Both the position numbers and the translations under genes were made by a program. A stretch of 62,425 nucleotides of DNA, the filler included, from Ionaspis alba (taxonomy: Eukaryota): assembly GCA_964255285.1 (NCBI GenBank). It is 9 parts of 9 records of this genome, joined end to end, with 100 filler letters (N's around TTAATTAATTAA, not from the genome) between each part and the next. Parts side by side here need not be neighbours in the genome. Positions count along the whole stretch, not along the records: positions 20,932 to 27,780 come from CAXUUL010000883.1; positions 27,881 to 34,729 come from CAXUUL010000884.1; positions 34,830 to 41,672 come from CAXUUL010000885.1; 6 more parts are not named here. The stretch is one strand, 5' to 3'. Shown here one piece after another: positions 24,549 to 37,301 of this stretch (position 1 is the first letter of the stretch; each line of letters opens with the position of its first letter). Under the pieces are notes generated by a model. It was given only the letters and a program-made list of their open reading frames with translations, was not told the DNA's origin and did not search any database.

Positions 24549-25494
24549 GTCAGCACTCAATGGACTGGGTGTTCGAGCTCCCAATTGGCATTGTGTCTAT
24601 CGCAGTACCAATGGTATGCAAAAGTGGAAATTGAAGATCGATGGGAATTTAAAATGGGCAATGTAAGGTAAGGTACGGTAGTGTCGCGAGAGAAGTCTAG
24701 ATCTGTCTGCAGAAGGATGCAACGAACGGAGATGACTGGCGGGTCTTGCGCGTGTTCGATAACCCGATCTGTGGGCAAATTGGTATTTGAGAATGGCTTT
24801 GACGTTGCTGCTGCTTCTTGCTTCGTCTAACTACGGATCAAAAGCTGTTGTTGAAGCACGTGTTTAGCGGCATTTCCTATTCCTTGCTTCCCCACAAATC
24901 GCGTAATCGTCATCGTGCAGGAACTTCTCCCTTTTCTGCGCCTCGACCGTTGTTCTGTAACGGCTTTCCCCATCCCTTGGATGTCGTTTGTTCTGCTGTG
25001 CGCTGCCAAGCTCTTGTGCACAGCGGTCCTACCGGTGTCGCAGCGGAAGGAGCCCGTAGCAGCGGAGAATGGCACCTCCCCCTGTTGTGGCTGTTCATCC
25101 GCTCCTCAATGTTCCGTGCGGCCCATCCCGGTCAAATTGGCGATAAGTACGGAGATATTGTCACAGATCTGAAGGAACAGCGTGGGATCCGTAAATCGTT
25201 TTGAGTTTGCGCAGGATTGACATTTTTCGGGCATTTGGATCAGACTTGGACCTTGACGTATGCAGGGAAAAGTGTCATCGTCACTACGAGTATGAGAATG
25301 ACAAGTGTATTTATTTCTCTCTCATCGAAGAGTTTGTCAAGCAATGGCATGCTGTTTCATTGGTTTCTAAGCTAAAGCTATTCCTAAGCTCACTCCTCAT
25401 CTGCTGTTGATTTCATCATTCATAAAGACCCATCACCTCTCAACGAGCAGTGTAGCCTGTTCCCGCTAAGTGCTCGAATGAGTGCTGGCCTGGT

Positions 25495-26018
25495 CTAGAA
25501 GCGATCTGGTCGGGAGTACTCGTTGGGGTTGTACTCGTCCGCACCTTGTCCCTGCACATAGTGCTGATCATACATGTTCTTTGCACTCTCCTCGGCGTGA
25601 CGATGAGCCTTGATCTTGTCGTATTCGTCCATGCCATGAGTCTCGGCGAGCTTGTCAACTTCACCACCAACGAAGCCGGCGAGGAGTTCCTTGGCGAAGG
25701 CGTGGTTCACAGTCTTGCCTAGAGTAAGGCGTCAGACCAATTGAGTCTCATGACATGGACGTGAATCGAAGAGGGATGACTCACCTTCTTTGCGTTGCTG
25801 GTCTTCGAAGAGCTTGAAGCCCTCGAAAGAGGCGGCACCGGCGATGAGCTCGTGGGAGAATTTGCCCTTGTGCGCTTCTTGAGGGTTTTCATATCCTCCG
25901 CCTTGCTCATACACCTGCTGATGAGCGTCTTGAGATTCGTCTAAGACAACTGACTGTTAGCCTAGAGATCCTTAGACTGTGACGTGTGTGGACGTCACAA
26001 CATACCCCAGCCGAACAT
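25495..26018 (-). CDS. cipC: CipC-like protein (DUF3759)
   Basis: MFGW first exon; HKGKFSHELIAGAASFEGFKLFEDQQRKEG; NHAFAKELLAGFVGGEVDKLAETHG; two introns. Confidence 0.9.
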
Positions 26019-26905
26019 ATTGGGAGTTTTGGAAGTTGCCAATGGGAATGGTATGAGTTCTGGTTTGTTGGATGATAGAGATTGTTGCAAGAGCAGAGTT
26101 GGTTGTCGAAGTGATGATGTTTGTGGAGGATTGACGAAGCAGAGAAGAGAAGAAGTCCTTTTATAGTTGATGAGCAGCTCGAACTACCCCTCCACAATCT
26201 TCTTCACACCCCTGACCCCTCCATATTCGTCACCCAAATAACTCTCCGGCTTGATTCACCCAACCATGACTGCTTGCCCCACATACAACATCCTCTGCGT
26301 CAGGAGTCAGCTATACCAGGTTCGTCCCGCTCAGCCTTTGCCTCTGTCCATTTGAATTGATGGCCCCTGCCGTCCGTCTACCATCGGATCAGCAACTTGA
26401 TGCTCTAGACCGTCGTGCACTATGGATGCTAGTATTGTTCGTTAACCTTCATATGATTGACGTGGTCGCTATAAACAGTTCCGTTCCAACTCAGACAGCT
26501 TCATAATTGAGTTTTTAGAGAGGTGGCTTGCTTGTACGTGATCATGAGTAGCCAGTCGGCTGGGCAGAACCACAGGCTTGAGACAGCGTAACATTGCCGG
26601 ATCTCGACGGAGTGGTCTCCGGCCATTGCTTGTCAGACGTGGGGTATGTTCCCAGGGGTCCGCCAACCAAGCTTTGCACGCTGTCCTGGTGGTTGCATCG
26701 GCGATCCTTGGCTAATGCTTGTTTTCGCGATGATCGGCTTTCCCAAATCGTCCATCTGAACAACAAAGGCCATGATGATCACCAATAATGGGCAGTAGTA
26801 GTGCCTCGAAGTGCTAGTAGTAGACGTGTACCTGACGTAAAGTAACGTCATTCTCAGGATCAGGACTTTGAACAACAGGCAATCTTTAGAGCTGACCCGA
26901 CAATC

Positions 26906-27780
26906 ATGCCAGGCCGTCTACCAACCACTTCTGATTTCCCTTCCAACCAGGTTCTATCAATCACTCCACCACCAGCTTCTCAGAAGCCTGTAAACGTGCT
27001 TGTATTGCTCCATGGTTTGGGAGATACCAATGAATCGTTCAGCAATCTAGGGAAGCAGCTTTCTCTTCCCGAGACAGTATGTATTTCGTTGCAAGCACCC
27101 ACACCGCTGCCTTTCGATCTGGGAGGATTCCATTGGGGCGATGACATCATCTTTGATCAGAGTACGGGGCAGATGGAGGTTGATACGGGGTTTTTGAAGA
27201 GTGCAAGGATTGTTGGGCAGGAGGTAAGAAGGCTGCTTTCATCTTGTCTGCGACCTCGAATAGCCAATCCGATTTCCTAAAGTTCCATATCTTCACATGG
27301 TGTACCCCATGAAGACCATGTACGGATTCTAATCACGAAAGGAGTCCCCACCTCCAATTTATGTAACACATACCGTCAGACCACAATTCTGTTCCCTCCT
27401 CACTTCTAACAGCCCTCACAGATCATCCAATCCGCCCTCATAGAAAAATGCACCTACACACCCCGTGAAATCCACCTCCTCGGCTACGGCCAAGGTGGCC
27501 TCGCCGCACTCGCAACCGCACTCTCCCTCTCCTCCGAACTGGGCAGCATCATCACCATCGGGGGACCACTCCCAACCTTCACTCCCACACCGACCGAAAA
27601 GCCCCTCTACACAAGCACCTCCAACTCCAAGACCAAAAACCACACTCCTGTCTTGGCGCTTGGCGGCTCCTCGCAAACCATCTTGACGCCAGCGGCAAAG
27701 GAGAAATTGAAAGGAGCGTTCGAGTTCGTGGAGATTGTGCAGTGGAAGCGGGCCGGGGATGGGATGCCAAGGAATAGGGA
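26906..27780 (+). CDS. Phospholipase/carboxylesterase-family alpha/beta hydrolase (3' truncated by gap)
   Basis: VLLHGLGDT, APTPLPF, GFHWGDD; intron 27224-27421; second exon REIHLLGYGQGG ... WKRAGDGMPRNR. Confidence 0.8.
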
Positions 27781-28183
27781 NNNNNNNNNNNNNNNNNNNN
27801 NNNNNNNNNNNNNNNNNNNNNNNNTTAATTAATTAANNNNNNNNNNNNNNNNNNNNNNNNNNNNNNNNNNNNNNNNNNNNATTGCAATGGCTCCAAACGT
27901 AGAAGTAGAACATAGAAGATTCGTAGACAGGCGTTTCCCAAAAGGGACCTATAGACAAGCATTGGCCCTCTATAAAAAGCTCCACATTACCTCCACCCTC
28001 TCCCTGCTCCCCGCCGAGCATCTTCCCAAAAACAGAAAAACTATCACCCTCAATGCAGTAACGACCATAACCAAAAAACGGGTATCTATCTCACTGGCTC
28101 CCAGCCCCAACTGACTCTTTCCAACTTCACCTCTACCCCTCCTCTCCTCCATCTATCCCTCTCGGAGAAAAAAAGAAGGGAAG

Positions 28184-31100
28184 CTACAACTCCCCCGTCC
28201 CATGCTCCCCCCTCAACAAAGGCATCGAACTCTTCCTCTGACTCCCCTTCTCCCCCTGCACCAAGCCCTCCTGAATCTGGCCAATCCCCATAAAAAGCAT
28301 CGAGCTCTCCCTCCGCCTAGCTTTCGCATCCCGCATAGCCGGCGGCCCCAGCGTCCTCTGCACAACGCCATACTCAGGTCCAGGGAGCGTGATCGTGGGA
28401 TTGCTGTGATTAGTACGGGCCTGAGATTGCTGCTGCTGTTGTTGTTGTTGGAAACGGCCCGAGTCCTCATACGACGGCTGCAACGGAATAAACCCCGTTT
28501 CCAGCGTCGCGTGGGATTTCTGCAAAACCTCCTCATACGTAACGCCCAATCCATGTCTCGCGAACGAATCATCCGGCACCGACGGCGTCGGGATATCCGA
28601 GAACAGTTGCCGTCGAGGACTTCTAATATCCTCTGGCGTCAGGGGCGAGGGGATGGAAGTTTCTACCACGGAGGAAGCGGTGGTGGGGTCTGGCTCGGTG
28701 CCGAAGATGGCATCGAAGTCTGTGAGGAAGGCGGAGAAGACGGGGGCGGGGATGTTGAGGGTTGGGGAGAAGACGATGCCGACGTTGCGGACGGACATTT
28801 TGTTGATGTTGCTGTTGTTTACGATGCCGATTAGGAAGGCGGAGAGGGCGCGGATGAGGGTCCAGTTTGGAAGGGGGAGTTTGTGAACGAGGGTGTTGTA
28901 GGCGCGGATTTTCGAGTCTTTGTCGTCGAGTTCTATGGGGAAAGTGGGAGATTAGTGGAGGGTAAGTGGGATGGTGTTGGGAAGTTGCTTACCGAGGACT
29001 TGTAGGAAGTCGAGATGCAGCTCGCGAGTCAGGACTGTGGTTGGGAGTTCGCGCAGGTACATCTTGAGTAAGGAGGCTATGGCGTGGACGTCGTAATATT
29101 GTCCGTCGGCTAGGAAGTCGAGGTCTCCTTCGTTGTTGAATCGTTCCCGAAGAGCTTTGATCACGACATTAGATCCACTAAGGCGGAAGATCCCTTCCTC
29201 GCTGAATGCGTCCTTGGCTTCTAGGTACTCCAGACATCGATACACCACAGCAGGCAGGCAGACATCGGTTCCAGGAGCCATGCAATACTCGACAGCTTCC
29301 GCAAGTGGTATGCCAAACACCGGTCTCACATTCGCAGCTCGTTCCTGGTGCACGCGACTCAAGTCGACGTTCGAGTCGTTGGAATGGTTCGTGAGAGCTT
29401 CGACTGCAGCCTTGTCTCGGAATCCCCAGATGCTTCTTTTCTTTTGCTCTTTCTCCTTGGCCTTCGGACTGTCGAGTTGCTTGTTGCCCCAAGCTCCTGC
29501 ATTGTGAATGATGCCTCCATTGGTCGGTCCAGAAATGACCTTGGAAGAGGGCGGTGCCTGACTGTGATTGAACGTCCCGCTCATAGGAGACGGTGTCTCT
29601 GTTTTTTGTCGAATCGACAACGACCGCGCGGGTGCTGGAGCAGGAACGGTGTCCTCGTAGCTTACGCCTCGCAAACCGTCAGAGGCTTCATTTTCCATCG
29701 CCTCGTTAGCTGCATCTTCCTTTGCTTCTGATCGTTTCTTCGCTTGTGATTGTGATATCTTGCTCGAGTTGGAATCCTCTTTCTGGATATGTGGTCTTGA
29801 CTTGTCATCTCCTGGAGAATAACTTCCGACATACTGAAGAAGTGCCTCGACCCACTGATCTCGTTCTGTGTCGTTTTCAGCACAAAGCACGTGCCGGACA
29901 ACACTGTTGGAGTCCTTGCGTTTGGGCTCTAGGATGAGGAAAGCGTGGCGGAACTGGCTGTCCGTTTCATCGCTTCGAGATGGCGACCGTGACGAGGACT
30001 GTGCAGATTGTCGACCAATTTGCGCATTCGGCAGCTTGATAGTACCCAACAACGATCCTCCAGGAGAGTCATAGTATCGCAGAGTAGGGTCGTCCAGGAC
30101 GAAAAATCGTGCTTTCCATCCTCCGAAATTCTTTCCTCGTTTCGTCAGAAATCCTTCTCTGATAATTCTACCATCCGGACCGATCTTCGCAGGTGAAAAG
30201 GCTTCCGAACGACCCGATCCGCCCGATCCATCGACTTCCTCTGCCCGAATAACTTGTGTGGAAAGGTATTGGCAAACAAGAAGTGCCGCTTTCTCATCCA
30301 TAGGAGTATCGAGAATCGTCTCGAAGTACTGCTCCAGGGCTTTTCTCCGTGCATCGATCTTCGCAGGTGCGTGACCTGAGAACAAGGACCTGTCTGGCAA
30401 CTTTCCGCTGAACTTGCAAGCCTGTTTGAGCTGCTGATCTAGCGTCGGCAAAGACATTATAGGCTTCTCTACCCTCCACAACTGTTGCATGTCAGATCTC
30501 GCAGAGACACCCAGAGTAAACACCGGCTCCTCGTCCGGTCCTCGAAGATTCATAGTACTGTGTCGCGATGGCTTCAGACGAGACGACGTAACCTTAACGA
30601 GAATGGACGGAAGAGCATTAGGAGGAAGGAGAAGATCTGGATAAGCATCAGATACCAGNNNNNNNNNNNNNNNNNNNNNNNNNNNNNNNNNNNNNNNNNN
30701 NNNNNNNNNNNNNNNNNNNNNNNNNNNNNNNNNNNNNNNNNNNNNNNNNNNNNNNNNNGAATCGCTACTGGAGCATGTTCCGAGGCCGCATCTGGCGCAG
30801 ATGGTTTCTCCGCCCCATCCTCAGAGGCACGAGGCGCTGCTGTTTCCGAAGACTGTTTGTCGGTGCGAGGCGGATCTGGTGACATCAAAGACATCGGTGT
30901 ATGTGGCGGAAGCGGAATCGGGTGTCGAGGGGCACGCAGGGAGAGCGGCGGAGAAGCCATAGTGCCGCGAGGAGACAGTGGGGGTGAAGACAGGTACATG
31001 TTGGTACCGTCCCGTGGTAGTCTTGGAGGTGGAGAATTAACTGGGCGATCAACGGGTCGCGGACTGACTGGTAATCCAGGACTAAGTGGGAATGGAGATA

Positions 31101-32949
31101 TCAAACTTCGCTCCGACATCGAGTCACCATGGCTTGTGGGCCGGCTCAAAACGCCAGCCAGCGAATCTGGAGACAACAGCCGACCTTGCAGAGCAGCTGT
31201 AGATTCATCAGGAGCAAACGCCCTGATTGATGGTGATAACGGTCCTGGTTGCACAACCGGTAGAGCTTCTGTACTTGCTGCCTTGGCAGCGGATTTAGAC
31301 CCAGATTTAGACGATTTATCCTTCTTCGAATGACTTCGACTCTGCTGTTCTTTTATCAATGCCACTTCTCGCTCTCTATCATCTTCTTCTCTAGTCTTCT
31401 TCCGGCCTCTTTCGAATGCCGGAAGTTCGTCGACCTCGATCACTTCCTCATATTCCGAGCCTGAGTGATCCTCCGGCCCGAACGAATCTAATGGTTTAGC
31501 CACTTGAGCTGCTTGGCGGAGGTTGAGAGGTGCTGGAGGTGCTTTCCGGATCACAGGTGAGCTCGCGCCAAACTCTTCCCCCGGTGGTGTTGCGGCGCTG
31601 AGAGGACTATCATTGGCTTTCCGGGGTGTCGTGATGGATCTCCTGGCAGTGAAGCTTCCCCGAGCGGCGACGTTGTCAGCGTCCGGTGTCTTTGGTGGGA
31701 TCAAGTCGTCCGGATTAGACCGCGTCTGCTTGTGCTTGTGAATCTCGAGTGGGAGTGTGGGTGTGACCAGAGGTTGACTTTGTATAGATCTAGGTGAAAC
31801 TTCGCTTTTCTCTAGTGGAAATAATCTGGGACTTGCTGTCCCGTTCGTCAAGCCTAACCCGTAAGGCGATGATCTTCCTCCCTCTGTAACCGAGGGTAAA
31901 GCATTGTTTGGAGAAGACCTCGAATCTATAGAACTTTCATTGTATTTTTTGTTTGACGCGCGATCCAGGCCCTGGAGGTTCGAAGATACTTCTTCCCGGA
32001 TGCTGTGACGCTGTATAGGTAAATCATCTTGAGAATCGCTCGGCGCTGGAGAAGGGGTAGTAGGAGGGGACGTTTTTCGCAGCGAACCAGTCGTCTGTGG
32101 TGGTAATGGAGCGGTTTGCGCAGCATAATCTTTTAACTTCTTCCGATATCTTTCCTTGTCTTGTAAAGCACGTTCCAGATCCTTGTTCAGCCCAAGCACC
32201 AACGCACGTTGTTTATTCATTAATCTCCACAGTTGAGCACTTTGCGCCGCTGCATGCTTCTTTTCCTTCAGCAATTGGTAGATGGCTGCCTGTGGAGAGC
32301 CGGCGTTCGATATCAGGAGGGCGATTTCGCCAGGTGTAGGGCTCGTCGGTTCTTGTAAGGAGGGTTGTGATTGAGTAGTGGCGGAGGATGCCGTGGACAT
32401 GGTAGAGTCAATGGAGGTTGTTCTCGGACCCAGTCGAGGCTCAATTCCTCCTCCTGGCCGCAAAGCCGTTGCGCCCACTGTCGTAGGAGAACTCGAAGGT
32501 GACCCAGCCTTCGCGCTTGTCGGCAGGATTGGAGCAGAGACATTGCGCAGTTTGGGGTAGGTATCGCCCCTCGGAGTCGCCGACCCACTGCTTTTCGACC
32601 CCTCAGACGTCTCGGGTCTAGGATTTATGGTATTGATGGAAGGTCGCTCGCTCGCCAGAAAGGCTTGAAGTCTCTCTTGTGGTGTTTGGTTGGGATCTTG
32701 TGGAAAGATGGGACTGTAGTGTGGAGATCGCGGAGAGTAAGACGGTGCGCTGCCCCCGTGTGGAGAGCGTGGGGAGCCCATTTCTTTGGGACTAGCAGTC
32801 GTGAAGCTATCTGTGGTAGGAGTTGAGATCTGAGTGACTTGTAACGGGCTAGGATTCGGTTTGCGCTGAGCAGAACGACCGTCGCTGGAGCGCCCCAGGT
32901 TCGGGCTGGGTCGTGAGGGAGACAACGCAGATTTCTGGAGGTCCGACAT
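28184..32949 (-). CDS. BEM3: PX-PH-RhoGAP protein (Bem3-like)
   Basis: PX-like KLPDRSLFSGHAPAKIDARRKAL; PH EGFLTKRGKNFGGWKARFFVL; RhoGAP VFGIPL..LPAVVYRCLEYL..EEGIFRLSG..MSVRNVGIVFSPTL. Internal 100-N gap at 30659-30758. Exact start and last exon uncertain. Confidence 0.82.
28426..28450 (-). repeat. CAA/CAG poly-glutamine microsatellite in the RhoGAP tail
   Basis: + strand TTGCTGCTGCTGTTGTTGTTGTTG encodes FQQQQQQQQSQ on the minus strand. Confidence 0.7.
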
Positions 32950-34829
32950 TTTTCGTACAGCAGAACAGTTGAACTGTAGTGCGCTGCACGGTGACCCAGG
33001 TTCCTGATTGGCGGCCTGCGACAATCTTCAAAACCATCCACCTGCGGATCCGAGACGGAAATCAAAATGCCACCAACTCATACGAACATGCCGGACTCCA
33101 AGGTATTATGCCTCAATTTGGGTATGAAGATAGTGCCTGAGCTGTGGGAAGAATAAGAATAGCTCTATGGGCGTGTAAGCATAGGAGCCAGGCCAGCAAT
33201 ACCGGTGAGGGGGGGCTTGAGTTTGGAATTCCGGGTGAGTTCTGACAGGCATAAGCAAAAAGCGCAAGCACGTGGAAGCAGATAAGCGCCTACCCTCTCG
33301 ACTGCAGATAGAATTAATGTATGGATACAAGAAGAGCGTGTGCAAGCAATATACTGGCAACTGTAAAGACAGAGGTGCGATGCGATGCGATGTTTTGAGA
33401 AAGGATAACTGCGGGCCAGGGTACGCCGGCGAAAAAGGCAGAGGATCTGTCAGATGAGCAAAAAGGTCTCCGCTTAGGAAGGACGAAAAACGCCCCGTTT
33501 CCCTGTCTAGTTGACTTTGCCCTCAGGGCACCCTAGTTCTTGTCTAATGTGCACTTGGGGCTTTGATGATAGTGAAAATGGGGGGTGTAGTAGTGGTGGT
33601 AGTCCTGTGCTGCAGCATTACAGTAATAACAATAATTACAAGATCCAACGACACGATGGTCAAGGGCAAGCTCAAGCTCCAGATTGCAGGGTGGATGTCT
33701 TAGGTGCATAGATCATTCAGGATGAAATACTTTGTTCTAGGTAGGTACTTGAATTGGATGTTCTGCGGCGTACGTGTTTTAGTCTATTATTATTCTTCCT
33801 GACTGTACTCCGAACCTCCGTACATTGTTCAATTAGACGCTTTGCTTGCCGTGATCCGGCAGGCAATGTTCCGCTTCGTGGTGGTGGTGGTGCTGATTGA
33901 GTAAACCACGCCCTTCACCTACCTACTCGGTGCATTCTCCAATGAGTAAAAGCCCGCACGATCGAATGATTATGTTTAGCTACTGATCTGCAGGATTTCT
34001 GTATTATTCTTGGTACCTCGATCGCTCATCATTTCTTTTTGACAGTTGAAGAAAAGCACCCTTATGTACTCCAGATGCAGCTGCAGGTCCGCCCCGTCGG
34101 CAGGATGGTGGGAGGTCATCCAACCATCTTGAGCTTTGGTGGCGTGCACCAATCACACCACAGATCTGGCCAGACGACTTGGCTTGGATGAACCAGGGGT
34201 AAACTGCAGCAAGCAGCGGCGAGACGGTAGCAGTTCCCTGTAAATTGGACGGGATGGCATCTTCCTCATCTTAATCATGTCCGATCGCATACCTTCTTTC
34301 AATGCACCTCAATGGATGAACATTATCTAAATTGAATGTATGAAGAAGCGGTGAAGAAGTGATAAATGCCCAACGAAAGGAGAATCTGGGCAATGATTGG
34401 CGGCTGACCCGGGAGATAGGTGTGATTTCCCCTGACTTCGAACTCGAAGGTGGTGGAGAGGGGAATGGTTGTGTTGTGGTGTCTGAAGTGTGTTCGAAGG
34501 CTTCATCACTTGCATTGGGGGAGAGACCGGGGCATGTTGCCTCAGGGACTCAGACCCCTGTCGACCGTATGACCTCGCCAGAGGGTCTGAGTCCAAACTG
34601 AGGCTTGGCGGTCAGGTAGGGATTCCTAGATGTACACTTGCGCGTATATTTGAGATTTACATACAAAATCGCGTAAATCAAAAACCAGTCGACGTACGTC
34701 GAGATTTTGTAATCAATATTACGCACGATNNNNNNNNNNNNNNNNNNNNNNNNNNNNNNNNNNNNNNNNNNNNTTAATTAATTAANNNNNNNNNNNNNNN
34801 NNNNNNNNNNNNNNNNNNNNNNNNNNNNN

Positions 34830-35866
34830 TTCCACGGTATTGGCCGTAGTTAGTGCCATAAGATCGGTCCCAGGTCTGATTGTACAATGTGCAGTATAGG
34901 CCCTGTGGTAGACCGTTCTGGGAAAGCACATAGACATTGAAGAATCGCTGAAAAAAGAGTCAATATAGAGGGAGGAAAGAATTCAAAATTGAAACCCACG
35001 CAAGTCAGGAAGCTGCCATCTGCGTTTGGGTGATCCTTATTGTAAGCCGTCTGACTCTGGCAGGCGCTCGCGCAGGTGGAGGGCGTGTACCCTTGACTTT
35101 GGGTGAATGGGAAGAATCGGGAGCCCACATAAGTGTCGTGGCCTTGGGCATCCAGTGGTGCGCTGATAGCCCCTCCACACTGGACTGGACCGCTGTAGCC
35201 GTCGATAGCAGGAGGTGCAGGATTCTTATTATAACCTGCGTAAACGATCAGCGACGTTGTGAATTATTAGCCAATCACTTACCGTTGGAGCCTGTGATGA
35301 CAAGCTCGAAGCTATCACGGAATTGTCCCTTATTGGTAGCTTGGTCAGACGTCACAGCAGAGCCCCACAGAGTGCAGATGAAGTTGGTGGTGCTGGGCGG
35401 ATTGGGGCAATCAACCGTGTTGGGATCCAAGGTTGGATCACGTTCAATATACACGTTGAAAGCTGAACAGCCATCGGCTTGATCGCAGTATGAAGCACAA
35501 CCAAGCGTATCGAAGCTCTGCATGATACGAGAGCCCATGTATCTATCCGCGCTCAACGATCCATCCAGGTTGACGAAAACTTGGGTGTAACCATCAGGTG
35601 TCGGCGCATTGTTCGCCAGAGCCTGCAGAGGATTATGAGTGTCCGAACACGGGGAACGCATTAAGGTCATTCACCGAAAGAGCCGAACTGGACCGGAAAG
35701 CAGCTGCCGTATCTGGAGTCGAAACTGGACCAGAGCCACTTGGTTGAGGTGCGCAGTTTCCATCTCGTTTCCGTAGATCTTGTGCGTTGACAGAATCGAT
35801 CTTCTGGGAATTTGAAGTTGCTATGGTCAGGCCAGCAAGCACATAGAGAAATGAAGCAGAATACAT
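34830..35866 (-). CDS. Secreted Cys-containing protein with repeated PAN/apple-like modules (3' truncated)
   Basis: Signal peptide MYSASFLYVLAGLTIA, KR processing site, at least 3 introns. Modules CASYCDQADGCSAFNVYIERDP...CPNPPSTTNFICTLWG and CASACQSQTAYN...TC.FFNVYVL. Confidence 0.65.
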
Positions 35867-37301
35867 TATTGCAATGAGTGAGCAACGCGAAACTCTATGA
35901 CCGGGAGAAGTGATCTGATGAAGTGCGGGAGAGCCCCTTCCTTATACTCGTGCAAGACATTCCAGATTTACATTCCCCAATCACAGGACTCTTCAAACAA
36001 GATTTGGAACATTCCGAACAGTGCTGATCAAAGCAGCAAGAGCAAGGAGTATTACATATTGGGAATCTCATAGACGAAACAGGACAAGATTCCTTAAGGG
36101 AGATGGCAGCTCTTCTGTTGCCCACGCACAATCTAAAGATGCAAAGCACTGACCTGGACAATACATATGATGTGCAGAATCTTGGAAGTGCTAAAAACAA
36201 GCAAGGAGAGGGTTGAGCATACGGCGGTCCTGTCTTACCTCACAAAGCATAATATAAAGCTTCGAGATGAGAACGCGTCCAAGCTCCTGGAGTTTCCACA
36301 GGGTGAGCTCGGACAGCTCTCTTTCGGGACTTCACATCATCTCAATCGGGCATGCTTCATGAAGGTTGCTGTGGCCTACGCGCCGAGGTGCAACGAATAT
36401 GTGGCAACAAGCTTTAACAATCGACAATGTGCGGCAAAGATGCATAAACTTACTTGACGCACCCGCTATTCCAAGTACATAAGTACATGGGGCAAAGTGT
36501 CTGAGCGGTTTCCCGCTCAACCTCGTCAAGGTCATAGACAGTCCTTGCGTCCTCTCTCGTACGACCGGTCATGGCTTCGAGAACCGATAGAGTGCTCTAC
36601 AAGGGTCCGCTCCTTCCCGCCAGAAGGAACCTCAGAGAACCATCCCAAATCGAGCCCTCGGCAAAAGCAGGAGAGTTGATGATTGAGAAGCCCAAATCTA
36701 CTTTTGGCACTCGAGGTATATCATTTTGCGATTCTAGTGATCATTGGGGAGTATGCTATATGCTGAACCTCTCAGTGACTACATTCTCGTCTCAAAACAC
36801 TGCACAGCCCTTTCTGAGCCACGCAGATCTGGTAGCTACGATCAAGCGGAGGAAGGCGGCAGAATGAGTCTTCAATGGCGGTAACCTCAAGGTCGTATGC
36901 CGGGTCGTGAAAGTAAACAGACTGCCTTGGCCGACTAGATCGAACCAGATCGGAAACTCAATCTCACCATGTACTATAATAATCACATCTGCGAGACTGA
37001 GAACAATCGATTCCACAGGTATATCTACCAAATCGCTTCAAGCACAGGCATATGCATGATATACTAGCCCAGCCGTAACATCATGCTCATATCATCATCA
37101 TAAGATCCATCTCTGCCCTTTCCAAAGCCAGGACAAATTCATGATCCATCTCATCATACCATAAAATCATCCATAAAGCATCATGTCCCCAGTTAAGCCA
37201 AGTAGCCCACCCACAAGTTTCAATTCCAATATCCCAGCGCCATCGCTCGTAGTGATCTCATCCCCTCATCGTACCCACCACACCGCCCCAGTTGCAGCAT
37301 G

